From positions 124,001 through 188,000 of the IMG/VR virus record IMGVR_UViG_3300043446_003193: a stretch of 64,000 nt of DNA; one strand, given 5' to 3'. The translations under genes and the position numbers were made by a program. Positions within the stretch are counted from its first letter, which is position 1. Each line of letters begins with the position of its first letter. The notes under the pieces are model-generated. The model ran no database searches, had not been told where the DNA came from, and saw nothing but the letters and a program-made list of their open reading frames with translations. Positions 1-11,100 of the stretch are shown here, one piece after another.

Positions 1-1878
1 TCCAATATATAAATCATCCCAAAGATGTGTAGGGTCTCCTAAACTATATGCACTATATGTTACATTAGTTGCAGGTATTACATTTTGATTTAATGAATTT
101 AAGTAAGATGCAGTTAATGAATTTACTGCGTTTGAAGCAGTTACATATGCTATTGGTGTCCAACTTGCAGTATAAGGTGAACCTGCTGAAACTTGTAAAA
201 CATATCCTGCATAAGATGAACTAATAGAAGGTAAGTCACCACCTATTGTACCAATTGCCCAACCTGCTGCCGCTTCAGGGAATGTAATTAGAGATGAAGT
301 GTTATCCGTTAATACAATTGTTTGAGGAATTATTTTCTCGTAATTACTGTCAAATGTTTGGATATTAACAAATCTATCTCCAAAATTATGTTCAAATCTC
401 CATTCTAAAGAAGATGTAAAACTTTGTTTAACTGTTCTACCATTCACTTCAATTATACCACCAATACCTGCTACCGCGTATCCAGCAACTGGTGTACCAA
501 ATTCTAAAACTAAAGTATTCACATCAGTTGCAGTAATGGTTTGTGGAAGAACTATTTGTCCGGAATTATTATAAACCGTTACATTTGGATATTGTACATT
601 TAAATTATGCGTGAATGTCCAAGTTGCTGCAGAGGTAGTTTGTGTATGTATTTTTCCACCTCCAGTTAATCCGGTCAATAGAGAACCATCACCTTTGAAT
701 GAACCAGTAAATGAACCAGTGAACGGGTCTGTTAAGGTTACAAATTGTGCAGATCCAGATATTAATGTAGGTTTTTCAGTTAATTCAGTAAATGTAATTG
801 GTGTACCTACTTGTCTATATCTTAAATCTAAAGATGCTGTTGTTTGTTCTGAACCACTAATAATTCCGCCTGGTTTATTTGCAATATTGTCCCAAGTTGT
901 TTGAGTTATTGAACCGCTTAAAACATATCTATTATCGTATGAAGCGGTCAATTGTGCAGATGAACTTACTAAACCATTTGATGCAGATATTGGGCCCGTT
1001 ACTTGTAAAGTACCATTAACTATTATTTTATTTCCACCCGTTTGAGTAATAATAGAATCGGAAATGTGGTCATCTCCACTTGCTACCGGAAGATATCCAG
1101 TTGTTAAACCAATTTCATTTCCCAAAGAACCCGTATTTTTAGGTCCTGCTATTAATATTGCCGAACTATATGCTGCTCCAGATGGATTTTCGTATATCCA
1201 ATGATTATTTACCGAATCCCACCAAAGAGAACCGGTTCCAGATGTACTTCCAGAATCTTGTACACTTATACCACCAAAACGAACTGCAGGTGTTGCTGTA
1301 TTTAATAAAACCGTATTTGTTCCAATACTTACTGCCGAACCCGTAATATTTTGAATTGATGATGTACCTTGAACAATTAAATTTTCAGTTACATATAAAG
1401 AACCACTCATTATTTGTGTTCCTTTAAATGTATTTGAACCAGTTGTTGCAAATGAAGATTCAATTACATCTAATCTTGTATCAATTGATGCGGATAAAAC
1501 ATTTGTACTTGCTGCACTTGCACTAAATGATGTTGCAACGGAGGAACTAAAGTCTCCAGTAACAGTTGAAACCGAAGCAGATAATGCTGAAATATTTGCA
1601 TTACTTGCACTTATTGATGTTGCAACGGAAGAAGAAAATGATTGTGTAAATGAATTAATAGCAGATAACGAAGTATCAACCGATGCCGATTTTGCTTCCA
1701 AAGAATTTAATCTCAATGCCTGTGAACCACTATCTGTTGATAATTCATTAAGCCTTTGATTAATTGAAGCGGAAGCAGCTAAAAACGAAGACGATACTGC
1801 TGTATATCTAGGTATTTCTGCTGTTTGTCCGGCTTGCTGTATTAAGGAACCGGTTATAATAGGACTATCTAAAATCAT
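1..1878 (-). CDS. Fibre/virion structural protein, truncated at the left window edge (not in ORF track)
   Basis: ATG at 1878 (MILDSPIITGSLIQQAGQ...). Segments I translated stay in this frame towards position 1. Shares ATTGSNTF, NLIVQG..NIG.N...RFGG..DSGS, QTTWDNIANKP and TWTFTHNL modules with the neighbouring fibre genes. Confidence 0.85.
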   Translation of the reverse strand, partial: MILDSPIITGSLIQQAGQTAEIPRYTAVSSSFLAASASINQRLNELSTDSGSQALRLNSLEAKSASVDTSLSAINSFTQSFSSSVATSISASNANISALSASVSTVTGDFSSSVATSFSASAASTNVLSASIDTRLDVIESSFATTGSNTFKGTQIMSGSLYVTENLIVQGTSSIQNITGSAVSIGTNTVLLNTATPAVRFGGISVQDSGSTSGTGSLWWDSVNNHWIYENPSGAAYSSAILIAGPKNTGSLGNEIGLTTGYLPVASGDDHISDSIITQTGGNKIIVNGTLQVTGPISASNGLVSSSAQLTASYDNRYVLSGSITQTTWDNIANKPGGIISGSEQTTASLDLRYRQVGTPITFTELTEKPTLISGSAQFVTLTDPFTGSFTGSFKGDGSLLTGLTGGGKIHTQTTSAATWTFTHNLNVQYPNVTVYNNSGQIVLPQTITATDVNTLVLEFGTPVAGYAVAGIGGIIEVNGRTVKQSFTSSLEWRFEHNFGDRFVNIQTFDSNYEKIIPQTIVLTDNTSSLITFPEAAAGWAIGTIGGDLPSISSSYAGYVLQVSAGSPYTASWTPIAYVTASNAVNSLTASYLNSLNQNVIPATNVTYSAYSLGDPTHLWDDLYIG

Positions 1879-1896
1879 TTCTCCGTTTTATTTAAG

Positions 1897-1905
1897 TATA
1901 AATAT
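1897..1905 (-). promoter_or_regulatory. Putative late promoter motif ATATTTATA
   Basis: Intergenic, 18 nt upstream of ATG 1878. Confidence 0.65.
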
Positions 1906-1912
1906 CTTTATG

Positions 1913-2236
1913 TTATGGTTTTGGGTATTTTGCTTTTACTTCTAAACATTTTTGTATATAAGCATCAATTTGTTCTTGATCTCCTTTTACAATCCCATCT
2001 AAATAATCCGTAATTGGTGGATATTCCAATTTTCTCCTTCTTTGATAATTCAATGCATTATATTCGGAAATCAATTCTGCTCTTTTTTCTTCAATATCGG
2101 ATGGTAATGTTATAATATTGCCATCCATATCTACAAGTTCTCCATTTATATTAGCACCCTTAATACCATATTTTTCATTTAATACTGAAATATCATCAAT
2201 ATAATCTATATCTATTATTTTATTTTTATTTATCAT
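1913..2236 (-). CDS. Putative tail-fibre assembly chaperone
   Basis: 107 aa directly after a fibre gene. C-terminal YQRRRKLEYPP...VKAKYPKP resembles small phage fibre-associated chaperones. Confidence 0.55.
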   Translation of the reverse strand: MINKNKIIDIDYIDDISVLNEKYGIKGANINGELVDMDGNIITLPSDIEEKRAELISEYNALNYQRRRKLEYPPITDYLDGIVKGDQEQIDAYIQKCLEVKAKYPKP

Positions 2237-2250
2237 AATTATTTATTTTT

Positions 2251-5200
2251 TTATATCCAATATCCCATTATCCATAATCCAATATAATGTGTACCTCCGG
2301 AATAACCAGTAGCTAAATTTGCATAAACACTTCCATTACTATTTACATTTATTATACCACTATCCATAAGACCGTAATATTGAACACCATTTGTTGTATT
2401 TGCGTTGGATGCATCACCATCATGCCATAATACAAATGATCCATAATCTGATCTAGTAAAAGTGCTTGCTGAATATGGGTATGGTCCTCCTGGTCCTGAC
2501 CAAGGATATGGAGTTGTATCAGTTGATGTACCAAATAAAGATACCGCATGATCACCTTGTCCTGCACCACCACTATATCCAGTAATATGATACCAACCCA
2601 ATACTTGAAGTGCTTTTACACCAGATGGTAAACCTAATCCGGTTGTTGAAAATGATGTTTGAACATTACCAGTTACCGATGCACACCATCCAATTGATGT
2701 TGTTAATACACAATATGTGTGTGCTTTGTAGTTTGCGGTACTAATAATTGGAACCGATGGACAAACAGCATTTGGATGTATTGATAATTTTGCCGTGTTA
2801 TTTGTATAGAATACGTGTCTAGAATTTGTTGCATCTCCACTAGAATGATATTGTATATCATAAATTGGTCCAGAAGTAAATCCATGTATAGTTGCTCCAG
2901 AATTAAATAAGTAAAGTTTTAATGAACCATCAGTATATCCACTTGAATAATCATTATTAAATCTTAATGCTGATGGTGTTGCTGTATTTACTTGTGCTGC
3001 ATTGTTTCCCGTATCAATTAAAATATTTCTTTTATCTTTAATTCTAAATCTTTCATCAAAAGTAGAACCATTCCACATTGTGAATATCATATCGGAACAG
3101 TTTGATCCTGCAGACCCACCTATATTACAAACTTTAATTTGTGCGTTACCAAGACCTGCACCGGCTGTACTGTTATCTACTCCAAAATCAATTCCGGTTG
3201 AAGTTCCTGCTGTATTACTACAATTTGTTAAAGTTATAGATGCCGCATATCCTCCAGCAGATACTCCATTTATATGTAACGTGCTTTCCGGAGATGCAGT
3301 TCCTAATCCCATTGCTCCTGAACCTTGACAGAAAAATATTACATTATTTCCTAATTCATTTATATAAAGTGGTTTTGAACCATGTGACTGTATCCAAGAA
3401 TAACTACAACAAGATACACCCATTCTCAAAGTTGCTCCAGTTGGTGAACCTAATCTTAACATACCCGTATTAGAGTCTCCAGTATTACCACATATATCTA
3501 ATAAAAACGATGGAGTACACGTTCCAATTCCAATTTTACCATCACCCTTTATAAACATTAAAGGTTTTGATACACCGCAGTTTGGCGTGGTACTTGTTCC
3601 AAAATAGATACCATTGTTAGGATCACTGCCGGAATAATCATATACTGCTATATGCAATGCTTCACCAAATGTTCCCGCAGTTTGACAAGTATATTCTTTA
3701 TATCCTATAAATCCATTTAATCCATTATCAGTAAATGCTATACCTTGCATTGCTCCATATGCCGAACTGCAGGTTCTCATTTCTATAAGTTGGTGATTAT
3801 CACTATCTATTAAAAGTAATGTATTTGCGTTTGGTGCACCTGCTCCATTTGGACAACTTGCATAAATGTGAACTTTTGCTAATGCAGAATTTGTTCCTAT
3901 ACCAATTTTTCCACCATCTCTTTGTAAATATAAATCTCTAACAACTCCAGCAGGTGTATATGATTGGATTACTGCTCCACATGCAGTTTGTCCACCAATT
4001 CTTAATTCTCCCGTTGAACTTCCAATTCTTGTATGCCAAACATCATAATCACAATAAACGTGTAAAATTGAAGTTGGGCAAGCGGTATTAATACCCACAT
4101 TACCATTTGGTAACCAAGATGTCCTTACAGTTCCACCAACATTATCAAAAACATATAAATTATCTGTACTATCATTATTTAATTGTAACCACCATTTAAT
4201 ATTTCCTGCGGTTGAAAATTGAATATTTGCTTCCGTATTTACATTACATGCTCTATCAATACGAATACCACCAACTCCATCTCCGGTTGTAGAATTATAT
4301 ACTGTAAATTGTAAACAAGGTGTTGATGTTCCTATACCAATTTTACCACCAATTATATTATTACCACCAAAACATGCATTACCAGTAGAACAAACTGTTC
4401 CAGAAGATAATATAGATGGTGAACATACTGCGGTAGAACCATATAATGTAGTTCCACTTAAAGTTCCTCCTACAAATGCACCGGCACATGATGTACCAAA
4501 ACAACCTATTGGTGAACATGCAATTGTAGATGCATAATTAGTTGTTCCACTCATTGTACCACCAATAAATGATGTAGCACATGCTGTACCAAAACATCCT
4601 ATTGGTGAACAAGATATAGTTGATGAATATGTTGTTGTACCTGTTATAGTACCAGTTCCTATTAAATTATTTTTAACACAAGTTGTTGTACCATCATCTA
4701 CAATGCAAGAATCTACAATATGAAAACCACTTTGTACTTTCGGAATGATATTTGTACTTAAACGAGTTTCATTGCCCAAATTATTATAAGTTTCTGGACC
4801 AGTGATCATTATTGATGATGTTAGTGCCGCTCCACTTACAATTTGGTGAACAAATATCCATTCATTATCAACAGAATCAAATAATAACGAACCAGAAACT
4901 TGCGGTGATGAACCACTATCAATTGCTGCCAATCCTGAAAATCTACTTGAAGGGTTTACAGAGTTTACTGTTATTAAATTAGTACCAATATTAAGAGTAC
5001 TTTGAGAAATATATTGTATTGATGATGAACCTTGTACTACTAAATTTTGACTAATATATAACGAACCTGTAATTGTTTGGTCGGCTTTATAAATATTTGA
5101 ACCAGTTGTTGCTAAACTTCCTGTCTTATTTTCTAATGAGTTTAATCTTGAAATATTAGATGCTGATACAGTTTCTAATGAATTAATTCTTGAAATATTA

Positions 5201-5643
5201 GATGCCGAAATTGTTTCCAATGAACCTATTCTACTTAAATTTGAAGCAGATATTGTTTCAATAGAATTTAATCTTGCCGAAGTAGAAGATGTAAATGTAT
5301 TGATATTAGTTATAGAAATATCAACACTTGAACTTTTACTCTCTAAACTATTTAATCTTCCAATATTAGAACCAGAAACTGTCTGTAAAGTAGTTAATTG
5401 AGATGAAACGGAAGAACTAAATGGATTAAATGAAGAAGTAAATACAAAAGCAGAAGCGGAATATCCATTTAATGTATTTGAATTGTCCGCAGTACCAGTT
5501 ATAGTAGTACTTCCTAAATTAATACTATTGATTTGTGAAAAGTTTGCAGTTGATCCTGAAAATGAAATAGTTCCGTCTGCAGATGCTGATATCTGTGCTA
5601 CTATATTTCCACAACTGTCTTTAAATCTATATTGTCCTGCCAT
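2251..5643 (-). CDS. Tail fibre / receptor-binding protein with Cys-rich distal region
   Basis: 1130 aa; coiled-coil repeats, ATTGSN module and repeated G(K/N)(I/V)GIGTxxP fibre repeats. Confidence 0.75.
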   Translation of the reverse strand: MAGQYRFKDSCGNIVAQISASADGTISFSGSTANFSQINSINLGSTTITGTADNSNTLNGYSASAFVFTSSFNPFSSSVSSQLTTLQTVSGSNIGRLNSLESKSSSVDISITNINTFTSSTSARLNSIETISASNLSRIGSLETISASNISRINSLETVSASNISRLNSLENKTGSLATTGSNIYKADQTITGSLYISQNLVVQGSSSIQYISQSTLNIGTNLITVNSVNPSSRFSGLAAIDSGSSPQVSGSLLFDSVDNEWIFVHQIVSGAALTSSIMITGPETYNNLGNETRLSTNIIPKVQSGFHIVDSCIVDDGTTTCVKNNLIGTGTITGTTTYSSTISCSPIGCFGTACATSFIGGTMSGTTNYASTIACSPIGCFGTSCAGAFVGGTLSGTTLYGSTAVCSPSILSSGTVCSTGNACFGGNNIIGGKIGIGTSTPCLQFTVYNSTTGDGVGGIRIDRACNVNTEANIQFSTAGNIKWWLQLNNDSTDNLYVFDNVGGTVRTSWLPNGNVGINTACPTSILHVYCDYDVWHTRIGSSTGELRIGGQTACGAVIQSYTPAGVVRDLYLQRDGGKIGIGTNSALAKVHIYASCPNGAGAPNANTLLLIDSDNHQLIEMRTCSSAYGAMQGIAFTDNGLNGFIGYKEYTCQTAGTFGEALHIAVYDYSGSDPNNGIYFGTSTTPNCGVSKPLMFIKGDGKIGIGTCTPSFLLDICGNTGDSNTGMLRLGSPTGATLRMGVSCCSYSWIQSHGSKPLYINELGNNVIFFCQGSGAMGLGTASPESTLHINGVSAGGYAASITLTNCSNTAGTSTGIDFGVDNSTAGAGLGNAQIKVCNIGGSAGSNCSDMIFTMWNGSTFDERFRIKDKRNILIDTGNNAAQVNTATPSALRFNNDYSSGYTDGSLKLYLFNSGATIHGFTSGPIYDIQYHSSGDATNSRHVFYTNNTAKLSIHPNAVCPSVPIISTANYKAHTYCVLTTSIGWCASVTGNVQTSFSTTGLGLPSGVKALQVLGWYHITGYSGGAGQGDHAVSLFGTSTDTTPYPWSGPGGPYPYSASTFTRSDYGSFVLWHDGDASNANTTNGVQYYGLMDSGIINVNSNGSVYANLATGYSGGTHYIGLWIMGYWI
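4420..4650 (-). repeat. Coding 93-nt (31-aa) Cys-containing tandem repeat
   Basis: GTT.Y.ST..CSPIGCFGT.CA..F.GGT.S repeated about 2.4 times. Confidence 0.8.
5125..5290 (-). repeat. Coding 42-nt (14-aa) tandem repeats
   Basis: RLNSIETISASNLS / RIGSLETISASNIS / RINSLETVSASNIS; related copies near 7765-7910. Confidence 0.8.
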
Positions 5644-5653
5644 TTATTTTTTA

Positions 5654-8191
5654 TTAATAATTATTACCTGATATTGTTATTTTTCCTGTTAAGCTTTCAA
5701 TTGAGAAAATTCTAACTTCTCCCCATACAAAAGATGATGAACCTAAACTTGAAGAGAAATCTACTTTTACTACACTTCTACATGTACCATCAATTGCAAC
5801 GGTCATTGGTGCATGTGTATTAATAGCACATCCAGAACCACCGGTTATTAGGTTACTATCTGTAATAGATGCTGTTCCTCCAACAAATCTATTAACACCA
5901 TATGTTCTTAAAGAAGTCTGTGTATAAGAATCACTTACACCTTGTAATCTTGAACCATATTCAATCGTAAAAATTAATTCTTGGAAACTATCATTATTAT
6001 CTATTGTAACTAAACAAACAGTTCTTGCAGTACCACTTCCAGTAGTTTTTTCAATATAAAATGGAATTTTATACCATTGTCCACCGGTATGGTAATCATA
6101 TCCTTTTCTTGATAATGAACCACCCGAACATATGGTACAAGCAAAACAAGATATACCGGTACTATCAATACGAAGTCTTTGGCCTCCATCTGCTACAGCT
6201 CCAGTTCCGTATAAAACATCTCCAGCTGTTCCTGCATTTGCTCTTGTATAAAATGTTATACCTTCATTATAATACTGCCTAATAAAACTACCATAATATC
6301 CATTATTCATTTGAACAATAGTATTAGCAATAGCTTGGGATGAGATAGCATTATGTCCTAATACTCCCATTTGTCCACTTGGTGTTGCACTTAAAGAATT
6401 ATAAGAATTAACACAATAAACAGAAGAAAATATTGATGTACTAGCAAATAATACAGGTGTACAAACTTGACAACTAAAACAAGCAATTCCTGTTGCTGCA
6501 AACGTCAATCTAGCTGTATAACAAGTACCTATGGATAGAGGAAACGCGCATCTGGTAGATATAAAGTAATCGTCATTGAATACTTGTATGTCGTTAGCAG
6601 CAAAGTGAGTATATCTATTTGAATCACTTTGACCCACTCCAATACCTGTAGCAGTTCCTCCGGTTATAACTTTTAATATTCCTCCTGCTGTATTTACACC
6701 TGCTCCTGAAGTCATGATATTCATTGCTGGTGCACAAACTTGACAACTAAAACAAGCTATACCTGTACTAGTAATACGCAATCTTTCAGTATTTAAGTAA
6801 GTAGCAAAGCGAATTGTATCTGCTACACCGAATCCTATATTTAATTCATTTCCAGAACCTAAAAAAAGTGTTTGCCCCAATGTTCCATCTGCTCTTTTTA
6901 TGAAAATTCCTTTATCATTTGATAAATTTATATTATCTGTTGTAGTAAGTGTTAATGCGCAAACATTACCAGAAAAACAAGCATTACCGCTTCTATCCAA
7001 TAACATTCTACTTGTATAAGTACCAACTCCATTATTTGTATAAACTTGTAAACCTGTTCCAGTTGATAATGCTACTTTCTCATTATATCCCGTTGTTATT
7101 TCAAAGTTGGTACCAGGACTATTAAGACTAAGTCCTGCTGTTGCTTGATTTGAATATCCCCATTGAATATACCCATCTGTAAACCCACCAACTGAACACC
7201 CTTTTATTGTTATTGATGAAGAATTGGTTGTGTTACCCACAACAAGATTACATGCTATTGTTGTAGTATTACCAAAACATGCGGTTCCTGTACCTATTAA
7301 ATTATTTTTAATACAGGTCGTAGTACCATTATCAAATATACAAGAATCAGTAATATGAAAACTATTAGTTGATTTTGGAATTATATTCGTAGTTAAACGA
7401 GTTTCATTACCGATATTATCGTAAGTTTCGGGACCAGTAATTACGGTAGAAGATGTTACAGCAGTGTTTCCTGCATGAACAAAAATCCATTCATTATCAG
7501 TTGAGTCAAAATAAAGTGAGCCACTCTTTCCCGCTGCACTACCACTATCAATTGCAGATATACCAGCAAATCTAACCGATGGGTTTGCGGTATTTAATAG
7601 GACGGTATTTGTACCAATATTAACCGCCGATGCAGTAATGTTTTGAAGTGAAGAACTACCTTGAACTACTAAGTTATTTTGAATATAAACAGTTCCACTT
7701 ATAATTTGGTCTCCGTTAAATGTGTTACTACCAGTAGTTGCTAATGAACCAGTTTTATTTTCTAACGAATTTAATCTTACAATATTTGAAGCGGATATTG
7801 TTTCAATAGAATTTAATCTTGCAGAAGTAGATGAAGTAAATGCTTCTACACTTCCTAATCTTGCGATGTTTGAAGCAGATATTATTTCAATAGAATTTAA
7901 TCTTGCCGTAGCAGATGCTGTAAATGTATTAGTTCCGGAATTACTTGCAGTAAATGAGTTTAATGAAGAAAGAATACCAACTACTTGTTCACTTCCACTA
8001 ACTAAAGTTGGAACACCTGTTAAGTTTGTATAACTAATAGAACCGGTTAATGCTGATGCAGATACTGCTCCTACAATACTTTGGTCACCTACGAATGTAT
8101 TTGAACCAGTTGTTGTATAAGCTCCTAAATCATTAAATGCATCACCATTTACCGAGAAACTACCAGTAATTATCGCTGAATCTATTCTCAT
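5654..8191 (-). CDS. Tail fibre protein, paralogue of 2251..5643
   Basis: 845 aa; N-terminal third closely similar to the 1130-aa gene (SGSL.FDS.DNEWIFVH, ITGPETY.N.GNETRL); ERLRI/GIACFS repeats distally. Confidence 0.75.
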   Translation of the reverse strand: MRIDSAIITGSFSVNGDAFNDLGAYTTTGSNTFVGDQSIVGAVSASALTGSISYTNLTGVPTLVSGSEQVVGILSSLNSFTASNSGTNTFTASATARLNSIEIISASNIARLGSVEAFTSSTSARLNSIETISASNIVRLNSLENKTGSLATTGSNTFNGDQIISGTVYIQNNLVVQGSSSLQNITASAVNIGTNTVLLNTANPSVRFAGISAIDSGSAAGKSGSLYFDSTDNEWIFVHAGNTAVTSSTVITGPETYDNIGNETRLTTNIIPKSTNSFHITDSCIFDNGTTTCIKNNLIGTGTACFGNTTTIACNLVVGNTTNSSSITIKGCSVGGFTDGYIQWGYSNQATAGLSLNSPGTNFEITTGYNEKVALSTGTGLQVYTNNGVGTYTSRMLLDRSGNACFSGNVCALTLTTTDNINLSNDKGIFIKRADGTLGQTLFLGSGNELNIGFGVADTIRFATYLNTERLRITSTGIACFSCQVCAPAMNIMTSGAGVNTAGGILKVITGGTATGIGVGQSDSNRYTHFAANDIQVFNDDYFISTRCAFPLSIGTCYTARLTFAATGIACFSCQVCTPVLFASTSIFSSVYCVNSYNSLSATPSGQMGVLGHNAISSQAIANTIVQMNNGYYGSFIRQYYNEGITFYTRANAGTAGDVLYGTGAVADGGQRLRIDSTGISCFACTICSGGSLSRKGYDYHTGGQWYKIPFYIEKTTGSGTARTVCLVTIDNNDSFQELIFTIEYGSRLQGVSDSYTQTSLRTYGVNRFVGGTASITDSNLITGGSGCAINTHAPMTVAIDGTCRSVVKVDFSSSLGSSSFVWGEVRIFSIESLTGKITISGNNY

Positions 8192-11100
8192 TATTCTCCT
8201 ATTTTATTTTCTAATTGTTTAACTTTTTCCGATAACTCTTTTACTGCTCCGATTAACAATGCTGTTACTTTTGAGTAATCTAACAACATTACTTCTTCGT
8301 ATGTATTTCCTATAAGTATTTCTTTTTTCGTCACTAATTCTGGTTGAACATCATAAACTTCTTGAGCAATCATACCAATTTGTTTAACTCCTTCGTTGTT
8401 GTATTCACTAACCCAATCAAAAGTATATCCGTTTAATTTCTCTACTTTGTCCAATGAGTTTTCAATCAATTCTAAATTAGTTTTTAAACGATTGTCAGAG
8501 GTTGTATTAAAGTTTTGTGCGTCTACATCACCCGTAACAACCAATGAACCAGTGAACTGATATGAACCATTGCCCATATCGTTTAGTCCGTTCATTATTC
8601 TCGGACCACCTTTAGAAAGTATTGCGTTTCCGGCTGTTGGTATTGCAAAAGTTAAAGTTAAAGTATTTGCATTTGTTGCCTTTATCGTTTGTGGTAATAA
8701 CATTTCATCGTTACTATCATAAACATTTACATTAACATATTTGTAGTTAAGTCCGTGATTAATTGTCCAAGTTGATGCCGATGTTGCTTGGTTATAAAGG
8801 TATCTGTCTCCGGATAAGTTTGAAATACCACCAACGGAAACATGCGCAAATCCATTTTCAGCAGATGCAAATGTAATTGTAAGTTGTGTATTAGAAACTT
8901 TTGTTATTTCATCTGGTATAATTACTTTACCACTATTATCATAAATTGTAACTGATGGATAATCGTATTCTAAATTATGCGTAACTGTCCAAGTTGTACT
9001 CGCTACACTTTGTGAATGTAAATATCTACCACTATCAATGTTTGCATTATCCAATATAAGAGAACCAGTAATAATTAATGAACCAGTGATTATTTCAGTA
9101 CCAATAAATGTATTTGAACCAGTAGTTGCTAATCTACTATATCCAATTAATGTATTTATATCGTTTCCAACTTCTACATATCTTAAATCATATGAAGATG
9201 TTAATTGAGCCGCTCCACTTACAATTCCTGCTGGTTTGTTTTCAATATTATCCCAAGTCGTTTGAGTGATACTTCCACTTAAAACATATCTTGTATCATA
9301 AGAAGATGTAAGTTGAGAAGAACCACTAATCAACCCTAAACCATTTGAAAATATTGAACCAGATACTCCGAAAGAACCAGTAACTTCTGCACCATTACCA
9401 CTCACTCTGAATTTTCTTAACCAAGTACTTCCGTTAAATTCTGCAACATTGAATCCACTACCACCACTATTTCTAGTATCAAATACAAATTCAGAAGAAC
9501 CTCTTTGTCCTAAATCTGCATAATTGTTACCAAACATTTGATAATATGGTCCGTATATTGTAGAACCATCAAACATTCCAAACAATGTATTTGCAGTTGC
9601 ACTATGTACTTGCAATTGTCCATTATTTCCTAAAACAATACTTCCAAGAGTTTTTATAGAACCGGTAAACGAATGTATATCATCTGAACTATCACCAAAT
9701 TTAGTAGAACCACTTTCATATGCTACAAAAGATGTAGTTAATTGTGTTTGTATTTGTTGAGCTACTAAAGTTCCAGTAATTGTTAAACTTCCAGTTATTA
9801 CCTGATTACCATTAAAATTATTTGAACCAGTTGTTGCTAAACTTCCACTTTTAAGTTCTAATGATGTTAATCTATTATTTACAGAAGAACTTAATGCAGT
9901 TATGTTTCCGTTACTTGCACTAAATGATGTTGCAACTGAAGAACTAAAATCTCCGGTAACAGTTGATACACTTGCACTTAAAGAAGTTATATTAGCATTA
10001 CTTGCTGAAATAGAAGTTGCAAAAGCTCCACTTACTGAACTCAATGATGCTGAAACTGAAGAACTTAATGAACTTAATTCCGCATCAGTTGCGTATGTTG
10101 TATTCAAAGAAGAACTCCAACTTTCTAAATTTACAAATCTACTATTTAATGAAGAACTAAATGTAGAATATCCAGTTGTTGAACTTAATGTAATTTGAGA
10201 TGAACCAGAAACTAATGTAGGTTTATTTGCTACATTTGTATAAGAAATATATGATGATGTTTGTGAATTTGATACCGATGCACTCACTATTGATTGCCAA
10301 CTTGCAAATCCATTTTGAACTTGTAAAGTATATCCTTCGTAAGAAGCACTAATAGATGGTAATCCACCACCAACACTTGCTACGACTGTACCAGTTGTTG
10401 GATAAGGGAAATAAATTATAGCTTGTCCACTATCTACGGTTTCAATTCTTGATGGTATAACTACATCTCCAGAAGGTCCAAATACTTCAAATACAGGATA
10501 TTTGTCACCAATATTATGTTGGAATATCCAAGTATCAGATGCAACTGATACTGTTAATCTTTTTGAAGTTCCTTGAGTTGATACACCACCAATACTTGCT
10601 ACTGCATAACCGGTTCTAGCTGATGAAAACACAATATCCATTGAAGAAGTAGTCATTGACTCAATTCTTAATGGCTGTATTACTTGATTATTATTATCAT
10701 AAACGGTTACTACCGGATGTAAATTTTCTAAATTATGTGTGAATGACCAAGTTTGAGCTGCTACCGATTGTGATAATTGTGCAAAGTTTACAGTGTCTAA
10801 TGCAATACCGGTACCAGTATTTGTACCAGTAAATGATATTGATGCTGTTCCACTTGCTAATACAACATTTATTCCAGAACCAGTTTCAAAATTTAATTGT
10901 CCTGCAGTTCCTAAAAATGTACTACCCGTTGCAATTGTTACACCACTTCCCGCTGCAATAATACCATATAATCCACTACCATCTCCACTAAATGCACCAG
11001 TAATTGCAGATGCAGAAACTGTTGATGCTGATATATGTGTAATGTTTAATGAATCAATTGATGTTCCACTTAATTGAGATGAACCAGATATTAATCCATC

